DNA of 64,000 bases from Minisyncoccota bacterium (lineage in GTDB: Bacteria; Patescibacteriota; Minisyncoccia; UBA6257; 2-01-FULL-56-20): assembly GCA_041664245.1 (NCBI GenBank), contig JBAYLC010000002.1:11593-75592 (forward strand), written 5' to 3'. The translations under genes and the position numbers were made by a program. The notes under the pieces are model-generated. The model saw nothing but the letters and a program-made list of their open reading frames with translations. It did no database searches and had not been told where the DNA came from. Below are positions 7,684-16,974 of this stretch, piece after piece; positions within the stretch are counted from its first letter, which is position 1; the number at the start of each line of letters is the position of its first letter.

Positions 7684-8412
7684 ATGCCATACAAAGGAAC
7701 TTATAAGAAAGAAGCGAATGACGCTTATCAGATCAGCCGGAGCGGAATTGAAAATTATATCAATTGCCAGCGGTGTTTTTATTTGGATAAAAGATTAGGG
7801 GTAAAACAGCCGCCAGGATATCCGTTTAGTTTAAACGCGGCGGTGGACCATCTTTTGAAAAAAGAATTTGATATTCATCGGGCTAAAGGCAGTCAGCATC
7901 CGCTCATGAAAAAGTATGGCATTGACGCGGTGCCGTTTGACCACGAGAAGATGGGGACGTGGCGGGAGAATTTTCAAGGTGTGCAGTTCTATCACGAGAA
8001 AACAAATCTTAATGTTACCGGCGCGGTGGACGACATTTGGGTTGATCCGAAAGGCGAGTTGATGGTGGTTGATTACAAAGCGACGGCAAAAAACGACGAA
8101 GTGAATTTAGACGCCGAGTGGCAGATGGGCTACAAGCGACAGATGGAAGTTTACCAGTGGCTACTTCGAAAAAATGATTTTAAAGTTTCTGATACCGGCT
8201 ATTTTGTTTATTGCAACGGAAAAAAAGATAGGGAAGCGTTTGATGGCAAGCTGGAGTTTGATATAAAGGTTATTCCTTATACGGGGAGCGACGAGTGGAT
8301 TGAAGAGACGCTCGTGAATATCAAAAAACTTTTGAATACGGAAAAAGTTCCGGATTTTACGCCGGAGTGCGAGTATTGCAGTTATCAACGGAAGGTGCAG
8401 AAGCTTAGGTAG
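7684..8412 (+). CDS. Cas4/RecB-family PD-(D/E)xK nuclease with 4-Cys cluster (DUF83-like)
   Basis: N-term C..C (INCQRCFY), GAVDDIWVD...GELMVVDYKAT (D...DYK motif), C-term PECEYCSYQ; start set at ATG 7684 because the upstream TTG overlaps a terminator. Confidence 0.65.
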   Translation: MPYKGTYKKEANDAYQISRSGIENYINCQRCFYLDKRLGVKQPPGYPFSLNAAVDHLLKKEFDIHRAKGSQHPLMKKYGIDAVPFDHEKMGTWRENFQGVQFYHEKTNLNVTGAVDDIWVDPKGELMVVDYKATAKNDEVNLDAEWQMGYKRQMEVYQWLLRKNDFKVSDTGYFVYCNGKKDREAFDGKLEFDIKVIPYTGSDEWIEETLVNIKKLLNTEKVPDFTPECEYCSYQRKVQKLR

Positions 8413-8503
8413 AGAATTGACAGAGATTGTTTTCCATGCCTTAATTCAGGCTGGAATTTTTCAACTCAATAAACGTTAGAATAAGGAAAGGAGGTGAGCT
8501 CAC

Positions 8504-9091
8504 GTGAAAAAGGCCGCTGTTTTTACCGTGGCGTTTTTGATGCTGGGGATGTGCATGTATTATTCGGTTTTGGTATTTCGCAACGAGGTTCAACCGAAGT
8601 TGGCAACTTGGATCATTCTTGATTCGGGGGTTATTATCAGCTTTATTTCTTATCGTTTAACCAAGAAGCATAGCCTAGTCGACAACATTGCCAACACAAC
8701 GGATGTGGTTTTCGGTTCGGGTATTCTCGTCGCAATTCTTTTTTGCGGCGGGTGGAATGGACTCCGATTTTCAAGTTTTGATGTTTGGTGTTTGGCGGCG
8801 ATGGCAGCGATTTTAACCTTCTGGATAATAAAACGGAATCACTCTGCTACTAATCTTGCGATTCAGGCGTTGATGGTGCTGGGATATTTTCCAACTCTCA
8901 AAAATCTTTGGATTGCCAAGACAAACCCAGAGTCGTTTGTGACGTGGGGAGTGATGTGGTTTGTATGTATTATCTCGTTGTATCCGGCTTACAAAGGGAA
9001 GAATCGTTTGGCGGTGGTTTACGCGGCTCGGGGAATCATAATGGTTTTTATTCTGATTCTCTTGATGCTTCGGGTAGAATTTCGTTCGTAG
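8504..9091 (+). CDS. integral membrane protein, hypothetical (GTG start)
   Basis: 195 aa, ~6 TM; SD aaggaaaggaggtg upstream. Confidence 0.5.
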   Translation: MKKAAVFTVAFLMLGMCMYYSVLVFRNEVQPKLATWIILDSGVIISFISYRLTKKHSLVDNIANTTDVVFGSGILVAILFCGGWNGLRFSSFDVWCLAAMAAILTFWIIKRNHSATNLAIQALMVLGYFPTLKNLWIAKTNPESFVTWGVMWFVCIISLYPAYKGKNRLAVVYAARGIIMVFILILLMLRVEFRS

Positions 9092-9093
9092 TT

Positions 9094-9126
9094 GGCGCTT
9101 GCTTGCAATAGTAAGCGCCTTTTTCG
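9094..9126 (+). terminator. intrinsic terminator
   Basis: ggcgcttgc-ttgcaata-gtaagcgcc (one G-U) plus TTTTT. Confidence 0.65.
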
Positions 9127-9171
9127 TTCTCGGGTGTGGTATTTTTTGCTGACGCAAGATAGGATAGTAAT

Positions 9172-10272
9172 GTGATAGATCAGGATTTTCTAAAAAAGGA
9201 AAACGGCAAGGTTTGGAAATTTTATTTGCAACCAAGCGAGACTTGGGAAGCGATGCTTGGAGATTGCAAGCGGGCAAAAAAATCGATTGATTGTGAGCAG
9301 TATATTTTTGAGGGAGACGAAATAGGGGAGCGTTTTATTGAAGTTTTTATTAAAAAATTAACAGATGGCGTTCGAGTTCGCTTGCTTTGCGACGCAGTGG
9401 GAAGCTACGGGTTTATGGGGTCGCCGTTAGTGAAGCGATTTATCAGCGCCGGCGGTCAGGCGGTTTTTTATAATCCGATAAGCCCCTGGCGGCTAAAAAA
9501 CGCCAGCTCACTTTTTTTGCGGGATCACCGAAAAATTTTAGTGATTGATTCGAATATTGGATTTACCGGCGGGATGGCTGTTTCTTCGAGGATGAAATTG
9601 TGGCGGGACACGGACGTGAGAATTGAAGGAGAAGTGGCGAGGGCAATGGACGATTCGTTTGAGACGATGTGGCAGATTGCGCTAAAACAAGAATTTTCCA
9701 GTTTTAAGAATGGAGCGGAAACGGTTGGAGATTTTCAGGTGCTTAGTAATTCGCCGCGCTATAGGCAAAGATATATTTACCACGCGCTCCTTAGGGCAAT
9801 CAGGTTTTCCAAAAAATATATTTATTTAACAACGCCATATTTTGTGCCGAGCTTTCGTTTGAGCCGGGCTTTGATTAGGGCGGCGAAAAGAGGAGTGGAG
9901 GTGAAAATTTTACTGCCGTTTCTGTCGGACGTGCCGATTGTTGATGTGGCGGCTGGATCTTATTTTTCGCACTTACTTAAAAAAGGCGTAAAAATTTACA
10001 GATACCGCGACGCGATTCTTCATTCCAAAACAATGGCGGTGGATGATACTATAGCAACAGTGGGGAGCGCTAATCTTGATAACTTAAGTTTGCTTTTTAA
10101 TTACGAGATGAATATTTTTTCAACCGAGAGAGAATTCGTCGGCGAAATAAAAGAGCAGTTTTTGGAGGATATTAAAAGGGCCGAGGAGATTGTTTTTGAG
10201 GAGTGGCTGGAGCGGCCGTTTATTTTGAAGTTAAAAGAATTTTTAGTGAGGCCGATTAGGGGATGGCTTTAG
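9172..10272 (+). CDS. phospholipase D / cardiolipin synthase-like protein (two HKD motifs)
   Basis: HRKILVID and HSKTMAVDD...GSANLD. Confidence 0.8.
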   Translation: MIDQDFLKKENGKVWKFYLQPSETWEAMLGDCKRAKKSIDCEQYIFEGDEIGERFIEVFIKKLTDGVRVRLLCDAVGSYGFMGSPLVKRFISAGGQAVFYNPISPWRLKNASSLFLRDHRKILVIDSNIGFTGGMAVSSRMKLWRDTDVRIEGEVARAMDDSFETMWQIALKQEFSSFKNGAETVGDFQVLSNSPRYRQRYIYHALLRAIRFSKKYIYLTTPYFVPSFRLSRALIRAAKRGVEVKILLPFLSDVPIVDVAAGSYFSHLLKKGVKIYRYRDAILHSKTMAVDDTIATVGSANLDNLSLLFNYEMNIFSTEREFVGEIKEQFLEDIKRAEEIVFEEWLERPFILKLKEFLVRPIRGWL

Positions 10273-10287
10273 TGTTATAATTTAAGT

Positions 10288-10896
10288 ATGACAAAACAGT
10301 GGGGGAAAGTGACGTGGTATTCCAAGCTCTTGGCGTTGATTTTATTTATTGGGTTGCCGTTTGTCGGTTTCTATTTGGGTTTTCGTTACGGCGAGATAAG
10401 AGAAAAAGTCCAGCTTGATAAAAATTTGGTTTCGGGGATAGCGATGAGACAGGTGACTTACAAAAATAGCGAGTTTGAGTTTAAATATCCGGAAGTTTTC
10501 GGCGTGACGGTTTGGAAGCCGGACAGCTGGCCGCCGGTGGTGAAGGTTGTATCATCGAAAGATTTTTCTATCCAAAAATTTTGTTCGGGTGATTTCTCTT
10601 TAGATAGCGAGCCGAAGGCGAGCGGGGAGGGAGTGGTTGGCGGCGGGACGTATACGCTTTATAAATCAAGCGGAGCCGGAGCGGGCACGCTTTATTCAAA
10701 TTTTTGTTACGTTATTCCGAGCAAGGAAAAATATTATGTTTTGGATTTTTTGATTCGATCACATACCGGTTGCGGGGACGGGGGATGCGGGGCGTATTGC
10801 GAAACCCAGTTTGAAAGCGAATGCCGGAAGTTGGACCGGAATCGAGATATCGAAAAGCCGATTCAGGATATCGTTTCCAGCTTTAAATTATTTTAG
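10288..10896 (+). CDS. N-terminally anchored hypothetical protein with Cys-rich C-terminus
   Basis: TM helix LLALILFIGLPFVGFYLGF; C-term HTGCGDGGCGAYCE. Confidence 0.5.
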   Translation: MTKQWGKVTWYSKLLALILFIGLPFVGFYLGFRYGEIREKVQLDKNLVSGIAMRQVTYKNSEFEFKYPEVFGVTVWKPDSWPPVVKVVSSKDFSIQKFCSGDFSLDSEPKASGEGVVGGGTYTLYKSSGAGAGTLYSNFCYVIPSKEKYYVLDFLIRSHTGCGDGGCGAYCETQFESECRKLDRNRDIEKPIQDIVSSFKLF

Positions 10897-10914
10897 TTGT
10901 TGTATAATAAAAGT

Positions 10915-10998
10915 ATGAAGAAAAAGAAGGTCGCAAAGAAAAAAAAGACGGCGGCGAAGAAAGTTTGCGTTTGCAAAGGCGCAAAGTGCCACTGTTAG
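10915..10998 (+). CDS. candidate 27-aa Lys-rich, Cys-rich peptide (MKKKKVAKKKKTAAKKVCVCKGAKCHC)
   Basis: ATG 8 nt after an extended -10 tgtTATAAT (leaderless geometry); no SD; could be a chance A-rich ORF. Confidence 0.25.
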   Translation: MKKKKVAKKKKTAAKKVCVCKGAKCHC

Positions 10999-11071
10999 TA
11001 TTCGATCTAATTAATCGTTGAAAGCAATTCAGGCCAACAGGCTTGTTTTGCGGTGGTTTGATGAAAAAATT

Positions 11072-11242
11072 ATGAGCGCGAAATCGTTTATTATGATCGG
11101 GATGGTTGTCGGATCGACAATCGGCGGTTTTTTGCCGGAGCTTTGGGGCGGAGGAGTTTTTTCTTTTTCTTCGGTTATTCTTACTTTTATCGGCGGAGCG
11201 ATTGGAATATGGGCGGGGTATAAACTAAGTAGGAATTTTTGA
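11072..11242 (+). CDS. GlsB/YeaQ/YmgE-family small membrane protein
   Basis: FIMIGMVVGSTIGGFLPELWGGGVF...IGGAIGIWAGYKL glycine-zipper TM pattern. Confidence 0.55.
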   Translation: MSAKSFIMIGMVVGSTIGGFLPELWGGGVFSFSSVILTFIGGAIGIWAGYKLSRNF

Positions 11243-11261
11243 ATTTATCATCCACTAAACC

Positions 11262-12431
11262 TTACTTCATAACTTCCCAGGTCATTGGATCGAGATCGCC
11301 GTCTAGTTTAAAGAGAGCAATGCCTTTAAGACCGAGTTTTTTGGCGAGGTCGATTTTTTGGCGGGCTGATTCGGCATCGCTAAAAGAGACATAGCGGACA
11401 AATTTTCCGCCGGCAGAAGCGCTGGCGATGGCGCCGGGAAGAGTGGAGGAAATATTCCAAGTTAGGTTAGGTGAAACATTAGTAACAGAAGTGCTGGTGG
11501 AATAGACAAAACTCAATTCACCGGCGGAATTTCTTTCAGGATTGGCGCTTAGATCGTCAGCTCGACTCATGGCTTGGAAGAAGGTGTGGCTGCGAAGGCG
11601 TTTGTAAGTGGTTCGGCCATTGGCCCAGGAAACTTCGTATTCATAGCCGTAGGTTGGAACGCCGAGGACAATTTTTTTTGGGCTGATAATCTTTGTGGCT
11701 TCGGTAATAATTTTTTTAACCCACTCGGGATCGGCTACTGGAGCGTAGACTTGGCCGTTGCCTTTCGAGACATCAAGTTTCGCGTCGATGACACCTTGAT
11801 CGTAGGCCATGATTCTTACTTCGTCACAATATCTATTCAAAGCTTTATAATCGTTAGCGTATTTAGTGTCGTCGGCGGTGTTGGTGCGATTAAGGCGAGA
11901 GGAAATTGGCATTCGCGGTTCGATTGTGCAAACTAACTTTTTACCCAAAGGATGAAGACGAATGGCCAGGCCTTCAATAAATAAAGCGAAATATTGATTG
12001 GTGTCGGCTAGCTTGGCTTCGTAGTCAATATCGATTCCGTCGAATTTATTAGTTTGGACTAATTTTTTAATGGCATCTTCGTGGGCGATACGCTTTTTCT
12101 TATTAGAAAGAAGGGCGTGAATGGCATCGCCGTCAAACCAGGCGATTGTGGGGATAATTTTTATTTTTTGGTCTTTAACGGCCGAGATCCAGCCGGGCCA
12201 AAAACCTTTAGTGATTTTTAAGACATCAACGAGAGTGCCGTTGGATTTAACTTCATAAGAGAAGGGACTGACTTCGGAAAGTTTTTCTAGATTAAGGGCG
12301 ATGTCCATGCTGCCGGGGCTTTGTTTCCAAAAGGGAATCCAGCCGGTATACATTAGTTTAGTAGCGGCAAAACTAGGGAGAGGGAGGAGGATTGTCGAGA
12401 CGATTAAGATCGTGAGTAATATTTTTTTCAT
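11262..12431 (-). CDS. secreted glycoside hydrolase family 18 (chitinase/YaaH-like) protein
   Basis: signal peptide; FDGIDIDYE = GH18 catalytic DxxDxDxE. Confidence 0.8.
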   Translation of the reverse strand: MKKILLTILIVSTILLPLPSFAATKLMYTGWIPFWKQSPGSMDIALNLEKLSEVSPFSYEVKSNGTLVDVLKITKGFWPGWISAVKDQKIKIIPTIAWFDGDAIHALLSNKKKRIAHEDAIKKLVQTNKFDGIDIDYEAKLADTNQYFALFIEGLAIRLHPLGKKLVCTIEPRMPISSRLNRTNTADDTKYANDYKALNRYCDEVRIMAYDQGVIDAKLDVSKGNGQVYAPVADPEWVKKIITEATKIISPKKIVLGVPTYGYEYEVSWANGRTTYKRLRSHTFFQAMSRADDLSANPERNSAGELSFVYSTSTSVTNVSPNLTWNISSTLPGAIASASAGGKFVRYVSFSDAESARQKIDLAKKLGLKGIALFKLDGDLDPMTWEVMK

Positions 12432-12551
12432 AATAGGGTTTAAGCAGATTTAAACATAAATGCGGAAAAATTAGTAGTGATTATGTTTGAAAAGATGGAA
12501 TTGATCGGTTTGTGATTTTAGAATACTAAATGTTATAATCCTCGGAATATT

Positions 12552-13118
12552 ATGCAAAACCTTATAGCCGAGTTACTTAAAGTTTCAATGTCGCTTTTAC
12601 TGGCGGTTCAGGGTAATCCCCAGATGCCAGATAAGTTAGTAAATCAATCTTTGACTTCGGTGTCTCAGGCAATTCAACTGTCTTCGCAGGTTTTGAGCTA
12701 TGATGAAAGAAATCACCCCGTGGCTAGCAAGAGCATCTGGCCTAATTTTGACCAACTTTTATCGGCTTCCTATTTAAATCGGGATGGGAAAAGGGTGGCT
12801 TTGGGTGACGGAGTTCGGTTGGCGGACAGTTTCTTGTCTTTTGGAGACTTGAATGAAGATGGCCTAGATGACGCGGTGGTGGTTTTAAAAATGGATGATG
12901 GAAAAGGGGGGATCGATTATTGGTTGGGAGCGATGCTAAACAAGGCGGGGGTTCTTTTTAATATCGTGAATAAGCCGATTGGAAAAAATGTGGAGATATA
13001 TTCTCATCATGTTGAATCTGGGCAGTTCACGGTTGATATGAAGGTGGATCCATCGGCGCGGAAGATTTACCGCTTTAAATTAGTTGGTAGCGAGTTTAGG
13101 GAGGCGATCAATGATTGA
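12552..13118 (+). CDS. hypothetical protein
   Basis: 188-aa ORF, no recognised family. Confidence 0.45.
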   Translation: MQNLIAELLKVSMSLLLAVQGNPQMPDKLVNQSLTSVSQAIQLSSQVLSYDERNHPVASKSIWPNFDQLLSASYLNRDGKRVALGDGVRLADSFLSFGDLNEDGLDDAVVVLKMDDGKGGIDYWLGAMLNKAGVLFNIVNKPIGKNVEIYSHHVESGQFTVDMKVDPSARKIYRFKLVGSEFREAIND

Positions 13119-13159
13119 TAACTTGTGACTTATGACTAATCCGGCGGCTGCCGGATTTT

Positions 13160-13360
13160 TTACAACCCTAGGCCGCTTAAATTAATAGTGTTTAAAAAAG
13201 CGGGGATAACGAAGATCAGGCCGATTAGGGGAAGGACGATGAGGGCGAGGGTGATGATTAGGGTCCAGAGGAAATATTTTCTGGTCTTTTCGACGGATTT
13301 GTAGATGGCGTCGATTTTTTTATCGAGTGAATTTATTTTTTCTTCTAGGTTTTCGGGCAT
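13160..13360 (-). CDS. small membrane protein (N-terminal helix plus C-terminal TM)
   Basis: 66 aa; LWTLIITLALIVLPLIGLIFVIPAF. Confidence 0.4.
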   Translation of the reverse strand: MPENLEEKINSLDKKIDAIYKSVEKTRKYFLWTLIITLALIVLPLIGLIFVIPAFLNTINLSGLGL

Positions 13361-13388
13361 TGGATAATTATAAAATTTTTATCCTTGT

Positions 13389-13416
13389 TTGACAAGTCGA
13401 GGTTATCTGGTATAAT
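13389..13416 (+). promoter_or_regulatory. near-consensus sigma70-type promoter (TTGACA, 16-nt spacer, TGgTATAAT)
   Basis: ttgacaagtcgaggttatctggtataat. Confidence 0.6.
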
Positions 13417-13493
13417 GGTTGCTTGCGGTTATCTTTGTGGGTGGTTGATAATCGCTTTTTTAGCAACTTGATATTTTAGGAGGAAAAACGTCA

Positions 13494-13850
13494 ATGGAAG
13501 ACAACGGTAGCATCAAGGGATCTGATAGGGCGGCGGCGCTGGTTTGCTTGGGAGGAGTAACTCCCGGGGTCATTTTTGACCAAAGCGTACCAACAGCGGT
13601 GGTTGTGAGTGGTGGACAGTTTATGGCCAACGGCGCGGGGTTGTTGCTAATATCGGCTTTGGGGCCGGAAAAAGCAGCAACAATTGCGGAGTCTGGTTTC
13701 GACTCAGCGAAATACGCCGAATTTTTCGGCGTTGATTTACGGCTGTTGAATGAACTTTCCTGTCCGAATACTCAGTTTCCCCCGACTGTGGTTGGTTTGT
13801 CTAGGGCTCTGAAGACTAGAGGGGAGGACTGGGTTTCTATTTCTGTTTAG
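13494..13850 (+). CDS. hypothetical Gly/Ala-rich protein
   Basis: AGGAGG SD 8 nt upstream; 118 aa; locally GC-rich. Confidence 0.5.
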   Translation: MEDNGSIKGSDRAAALVCLGGVTPGVIFDQSVPTAVVVSGGQFMANGAGLLLISALGPEKAATIAESGFDSAKYAEFFGVDLRLLNELSCPNTQFPPTVVGLSRALKTRGEDWVSISV

Positions 13851-13896
13851 TTCCGCGGGAAATTTTTCCTTTCGTAAATTCGTAACGATGTAGTTT

Positions 13897-13925
13897 GCCA
13901 GCTCAGGGGGAGCTGGCTTTTTTTC
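13897..13925. terminator. bidirectional intrinsic terminator
   Basis: gccagctc-agggg-gagctggc plus TTTTTTT. Confidence 0.75.
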
Positions 13926-13930
13926 GCCAA

Positions 13931-15088
13931 TTATTTCTTCCTCTTGCCGCGGAGAACGCGCTCGATGGCGATTTTCATCGCCACGTCGCGGGGACTTTCT
14001 TTAGTTCTTAAACTTTTTTCTAAAACGGTTCGGGTAGCTTTTTTAATTTTTCTTTCAACGAGTTCAAACATTCTTTTCGGATTATAGCCGCGGTATTCGG
14101 CATAGGAAGAAATAACGCCGCCCATATTAGCCACGAAGTCGGGAACGATAATGATTCCTTTTTTCCAGAGTTCATTTTCGATTTTTTCGCTCATTGGGAT
14201 ATTGCCCCCCTCAACGATAATTTTGGCTTTAATTAAATGTTTGTTGTTTTCATTTATAACGTCGGTTACAGAAGCCGGAATTAGAATATCGACATCAAGA
14301 GCCCAAAAATCTTCGGAGCTGATTTTTTTGGCGCCGGGATAATCGCCGATTGATTGATGATTTCCGATTAGTTTGTTAATTTCGTTTTTTTCAAAACCAC
14401 TTTCTTTGTAAACACTATTATGATGATCGGCAATGGCAACTATTTTTGCTCCTTGTTCTTCTAAGTGTTTGTAGGCAAAAGTGCCAACATTGCCGAAACC
14501 GTGAATAGCGATTGTCAGGTTTTTGAGGTCTTTCTTCAGGAGGCTAACAGCAACTTCGGTGGCTTTGGCGACGCCAAAACCAGTACTGCCGAATTCGTGA
14601 GGAATACCGCATTTTTCTCCTGGCTTGCCGAAAATTGACATGCAAAGATTGGCGGGTTTACCAGTGGCCGTTCGCCAGTCACCGGTAGCTTCAACAAACC
14701 AGTTCATTTCTCGTTCACTAGTTTGAACATCAGGACCAGCGATGTATTTTTTAGGAGTGAGGAGTTTAATGGCGCGGGCGAAACTTTGAACAAATTTTTT
14801 CTTAGTTTCTTCCGATTGATCGGGTTTTTCTCCGGGTTTTAGTGGGACGGGCCAGACGATGCCGGCTTTAGCGCCACCGAAAGGGATTTCGGCGAGAGAA
14901 TTTTTCCACGTCATTGTTCGGGCAAGGCGGAAAACTTCTTCGACGGTGACAGTGGAAGTCATTCTAATACCGCCCTTGCCTGGGCCGAGGGTGGTGTTGT
15001 CAATAACAAGGAAACCCTCCATGCCAATTTTAGGGTCATAGACCCGGATTACGTATTCTGGACCGAATTCATCTTTTGTGATTTCCAT
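13931..15088 (-). CDS. Glu/Leu/Phe/Val dehydrogenase family protein (glutamate dehydrogenase-like)
   Basis: PFGGAKAGI catalytic-Lys motif; GFGNVGTFAYKHL...AKIVAIAD Rossmann fold. Confidence 0.8.
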   Translation of the reverse strand: MEITKDEFGPEYVIRVYDPKIGMEGFLVIDNTTLGPGKGGIRMTSTVTVEEVFRLARTMTWKNSLAEIPFGGAKAGIVWPVPLKPGEKPDQSEETKKKFVQSFARAIKLLTPKKYIAGPDVQTSEREMNWFVEATGDWRTATGKPANLCMSIFGKPGEKCGIPHEFGSTGFGVAKATEVAVSLLKKDLKNLTIAIHGFGNVGTFAYKHLEEQGAKIVAIADHHNSVYKESGFEKNEINKLIGNHQSIGDYPGAKKISSEDFWALDVDILIPASVTDVINENNKHLIKAKIIVEGGNIPMSEKIENELWKKGIIIVPDFVANMGGVISSYAEYRGYNPKRMFELVERKIKKATRTVLEKSLRTKESPRDVAMKIAIERVLRGKRKK

Positions 15089-15134
15089 AATTTTAGAGTT
15101 GTTTTTTTGTTGATTTATTATAGCACAAACTATT

Positions 15135-15878
15135 ATGGCATTTCTTGGTTTTCCTGTTGATGGTAAAATGGAAGTGATTAAGATGAAAAGACAAAGGAAA
15201 AAAGAAATTGATACATTAATAATTTCGGATCTTCATCTTGGGGTTCCGGTTAGCCGGCCGGAGCAGACAATTGAAGCAATAAAAAAATATAATTTCAAAC
15301 GTTTGATTCTTTTGGGGGATATTTTTGATGATTTGAATTTTGAAAGATTAAAACATGAGCACTGGGAATTTCTTTCGTTTATTCGGGAATTTTCTGATCC
15401 GAAGCGGAATGTCGAGGTGATTTGGGTAGTCGGAAATCATGATTTTTTACTTTTGAACATGAAGTTTCTTATTGGCATACCGCTCCGAAAAGAATTTAGG
15501 TGGACTTATGAGCGGAAAACTTATTTTGCGATTCACGGCCACCAGTTCGACCGATTTCTGGTGGAAAATCCTATACTTAGTAAAATCGCTTCGTTTATTT
15601 ATTTTTGGATTCAGAAAATTGATTCCAGTCAGAGATTCAGCCGATATTTGAAACGGAAATCGAAGGGATGGTTACGGCTTTCGGAAAAAGTGGCAAAGAG
15701 CGGGGTGAAATACGCGAAATTGAAAGGAGCAGATTTCGTTTTTTGCGGCCACACTCACCAGGCCTTGCACGAAACTATTGACGGGGTTCAGTATTTTAAC
15801 AGCGGTTGCTGGACGGACAAACCCTCAACCTACATAACAATTGGGGAGGATGGAGTGAATTTGCATAACGTTCGTTAG
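15135..15878 (+). CDS. calcineurin-like metallophosphoesterase
   Basis: ISDLHLG, LLGDIFD, GNHD, GHxH motifs; the true start may be an internal Met. Confidence 0.75.
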   Translation: MAFLGFPVDGKMEVIKMKRQRKKEIDTLIISDLHLGVPVSRPEQTIEAIKKYNFKRLILLGDIFDDLNFERLKHEHWEFLSFIREFSDPKRNVEVIWVVGNHDFLLLNMKFLIGIPLRKEFRWTYERKTYFAIHGHQFDRFLVENPILSKIASFIYFWIQKIDSSQRFSRYLKRKSKGWLRLSEKVAKSGVKYAKLKGADFVFCGHTHQALHETIDGVQYFNSGCWTDKPSTYITIGEDGVNLHNVR

Positions 15879-15908
15879 GGGGTTAATTGGGCTGGGGAAA
15901 ACTATATT

Positions 15909-15917
15909 TGGTATAAT
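15909..15917 (+). promoter_or_regulatory. extended -10 promoter, 8 nt from ATG (leaderless-type)
   Basis: tttggtataataggcaaacATG. Confidence 0.5.
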
Positions 15918-15925
15918 AGGCAAAC

Positions 15926-16393
15926 ATGATTACAGAAAGATATAAAAGAATAATTTTTAGGATTATCGCTTTAGCGGCAGTTTTTTTGGTTGGTTTTTAT
16001 GTTGGCGGGCGAGGTTCGACCAGTAAATCGCCGGCTGTCTTAGATAATACGAATCAGGGGCAAAATAGTTCGGAGCAAGTTAGCGTGATGTTCGATTTCC
16101 AGAACGGCACGATTTTTATCGACGAGGTGCCTTGGAAACAGGGAATGACGGTTTTTGACGCTCTTAAGCTGGCAACCGATAAGGAGCAGCTGGGGCTTAA
16201 GTATAAAGACTATGGCGGAACGATGGGGGTTTTTGTGCAGATGATTGGAAAAACTAAAAATAGCGAAAGCGGGGATAGGTGGTGGCAGTTTTGGGTGAAT
16301 AATAATTATGGGAAAGAAGGGGCGAGTAACTATTCACTTAAGCAAGGGGATGCCGTTGAGTGGAAACTGGTAAGAGGGCAGATCAAAAATTAA
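15926..16393 (+). CDS. DUF4430 domain secreted protein (transcobalamin/intrinsic-factor beta-domain-like)
   Basis: TVFDALKLATDK...KYKDYGGTMGVFVQMIG...WWQFWVNNNYG...GDAVEW fits the DUF4430 pattern. Confidence 0.6.
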   Translation: MITERYKRIIFRIIALAAVFLVGFYVGGRGSTSKSPAVLDNTNQGQNSSEQVSVMFDFQNGTIFIDEVPWKQGMTVFDALKLATDKEQLGLKYKDYGGTMGVFVQMIGKTKNSESGDRWWQFWVNNNYGKEGASNYSLKQGDAVEWKLVRGQIKN

Positions 16394-16396
16394 AAA

Positions 16397-16945
16397 ATGA
16401 AAACAGAAATTAAATTAGGCATTTCTGTTTTACTTATCGGGTTGGGAGTTCTGGCTAGGGTTTTGCCCCACTTGCCTAATTTTGCGCCGGTGGCGGCGAT
16501 TGCGGTTTTCGCGGGGTTTTATTTAGGCCGGCGGTACGCATTGGTTTTGCCGATTATCGCGATGCTTATTGGTGATCTTTTTATCGGGTTTTATGATTTT
16601 AAAATGATGGCGGCGGTTTATGGTAGTTTTGTTTTAGTTGGTTATTTAGCGAGCGTTTTTAAATCTCGGAAAAACACGGAGGTGATTTTGGGAACGAGTT
16701 TAGTTGGTTCGGTTACGTTTTTTCTGGTTACTAATTGGGCGGTGTGGCAGTTTAGCGGAATGTATTTAAAAAACTGGGCGGGATTTTTGGAAACGTATGT
16801 GATGGCGTTGCCATTTTTTAGAAACACGTTTTTGGGAGATGTTGTTTATTTAGCTTTTATTGCGGGAGGGTACGAGTTGGCGGTTTATTTAGCGGGTAAG
16901 TTTTATCGATTGAAAGAAATAAAAAAAATCGCGGTGCCCGTTTAA
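16397..16945 (+). CDS. ECF-transporter S-component-like membrane protein (CbrT-like candidate)
   Basis: 182 aa, 5-6 TM; sits 3 nt downstream of the DUF4430 gene, an arrangement reported for cobalamin ECF S-components. Confidence 0.4.
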   Translation: MKTEIKLGISVLLIGLGVLARVLPHLPNFAPVAAIAVFAGFYLGRRYALVLPIIAMLIGDLFIGFYDFKMMAAVYGSFVLVGYLASVFKSRKNTEVILGTSLVGSVTFFLVTNWAVWQFSGMYLKNWAGFLETYVMALPFFRNTFLGDVVYLAFIAGGYELAVYLAGKFYRLKEIKKIAVPV

Positions 16946-16974
16946 TATTAAAAAACGGAAATAAAATTAAAACT

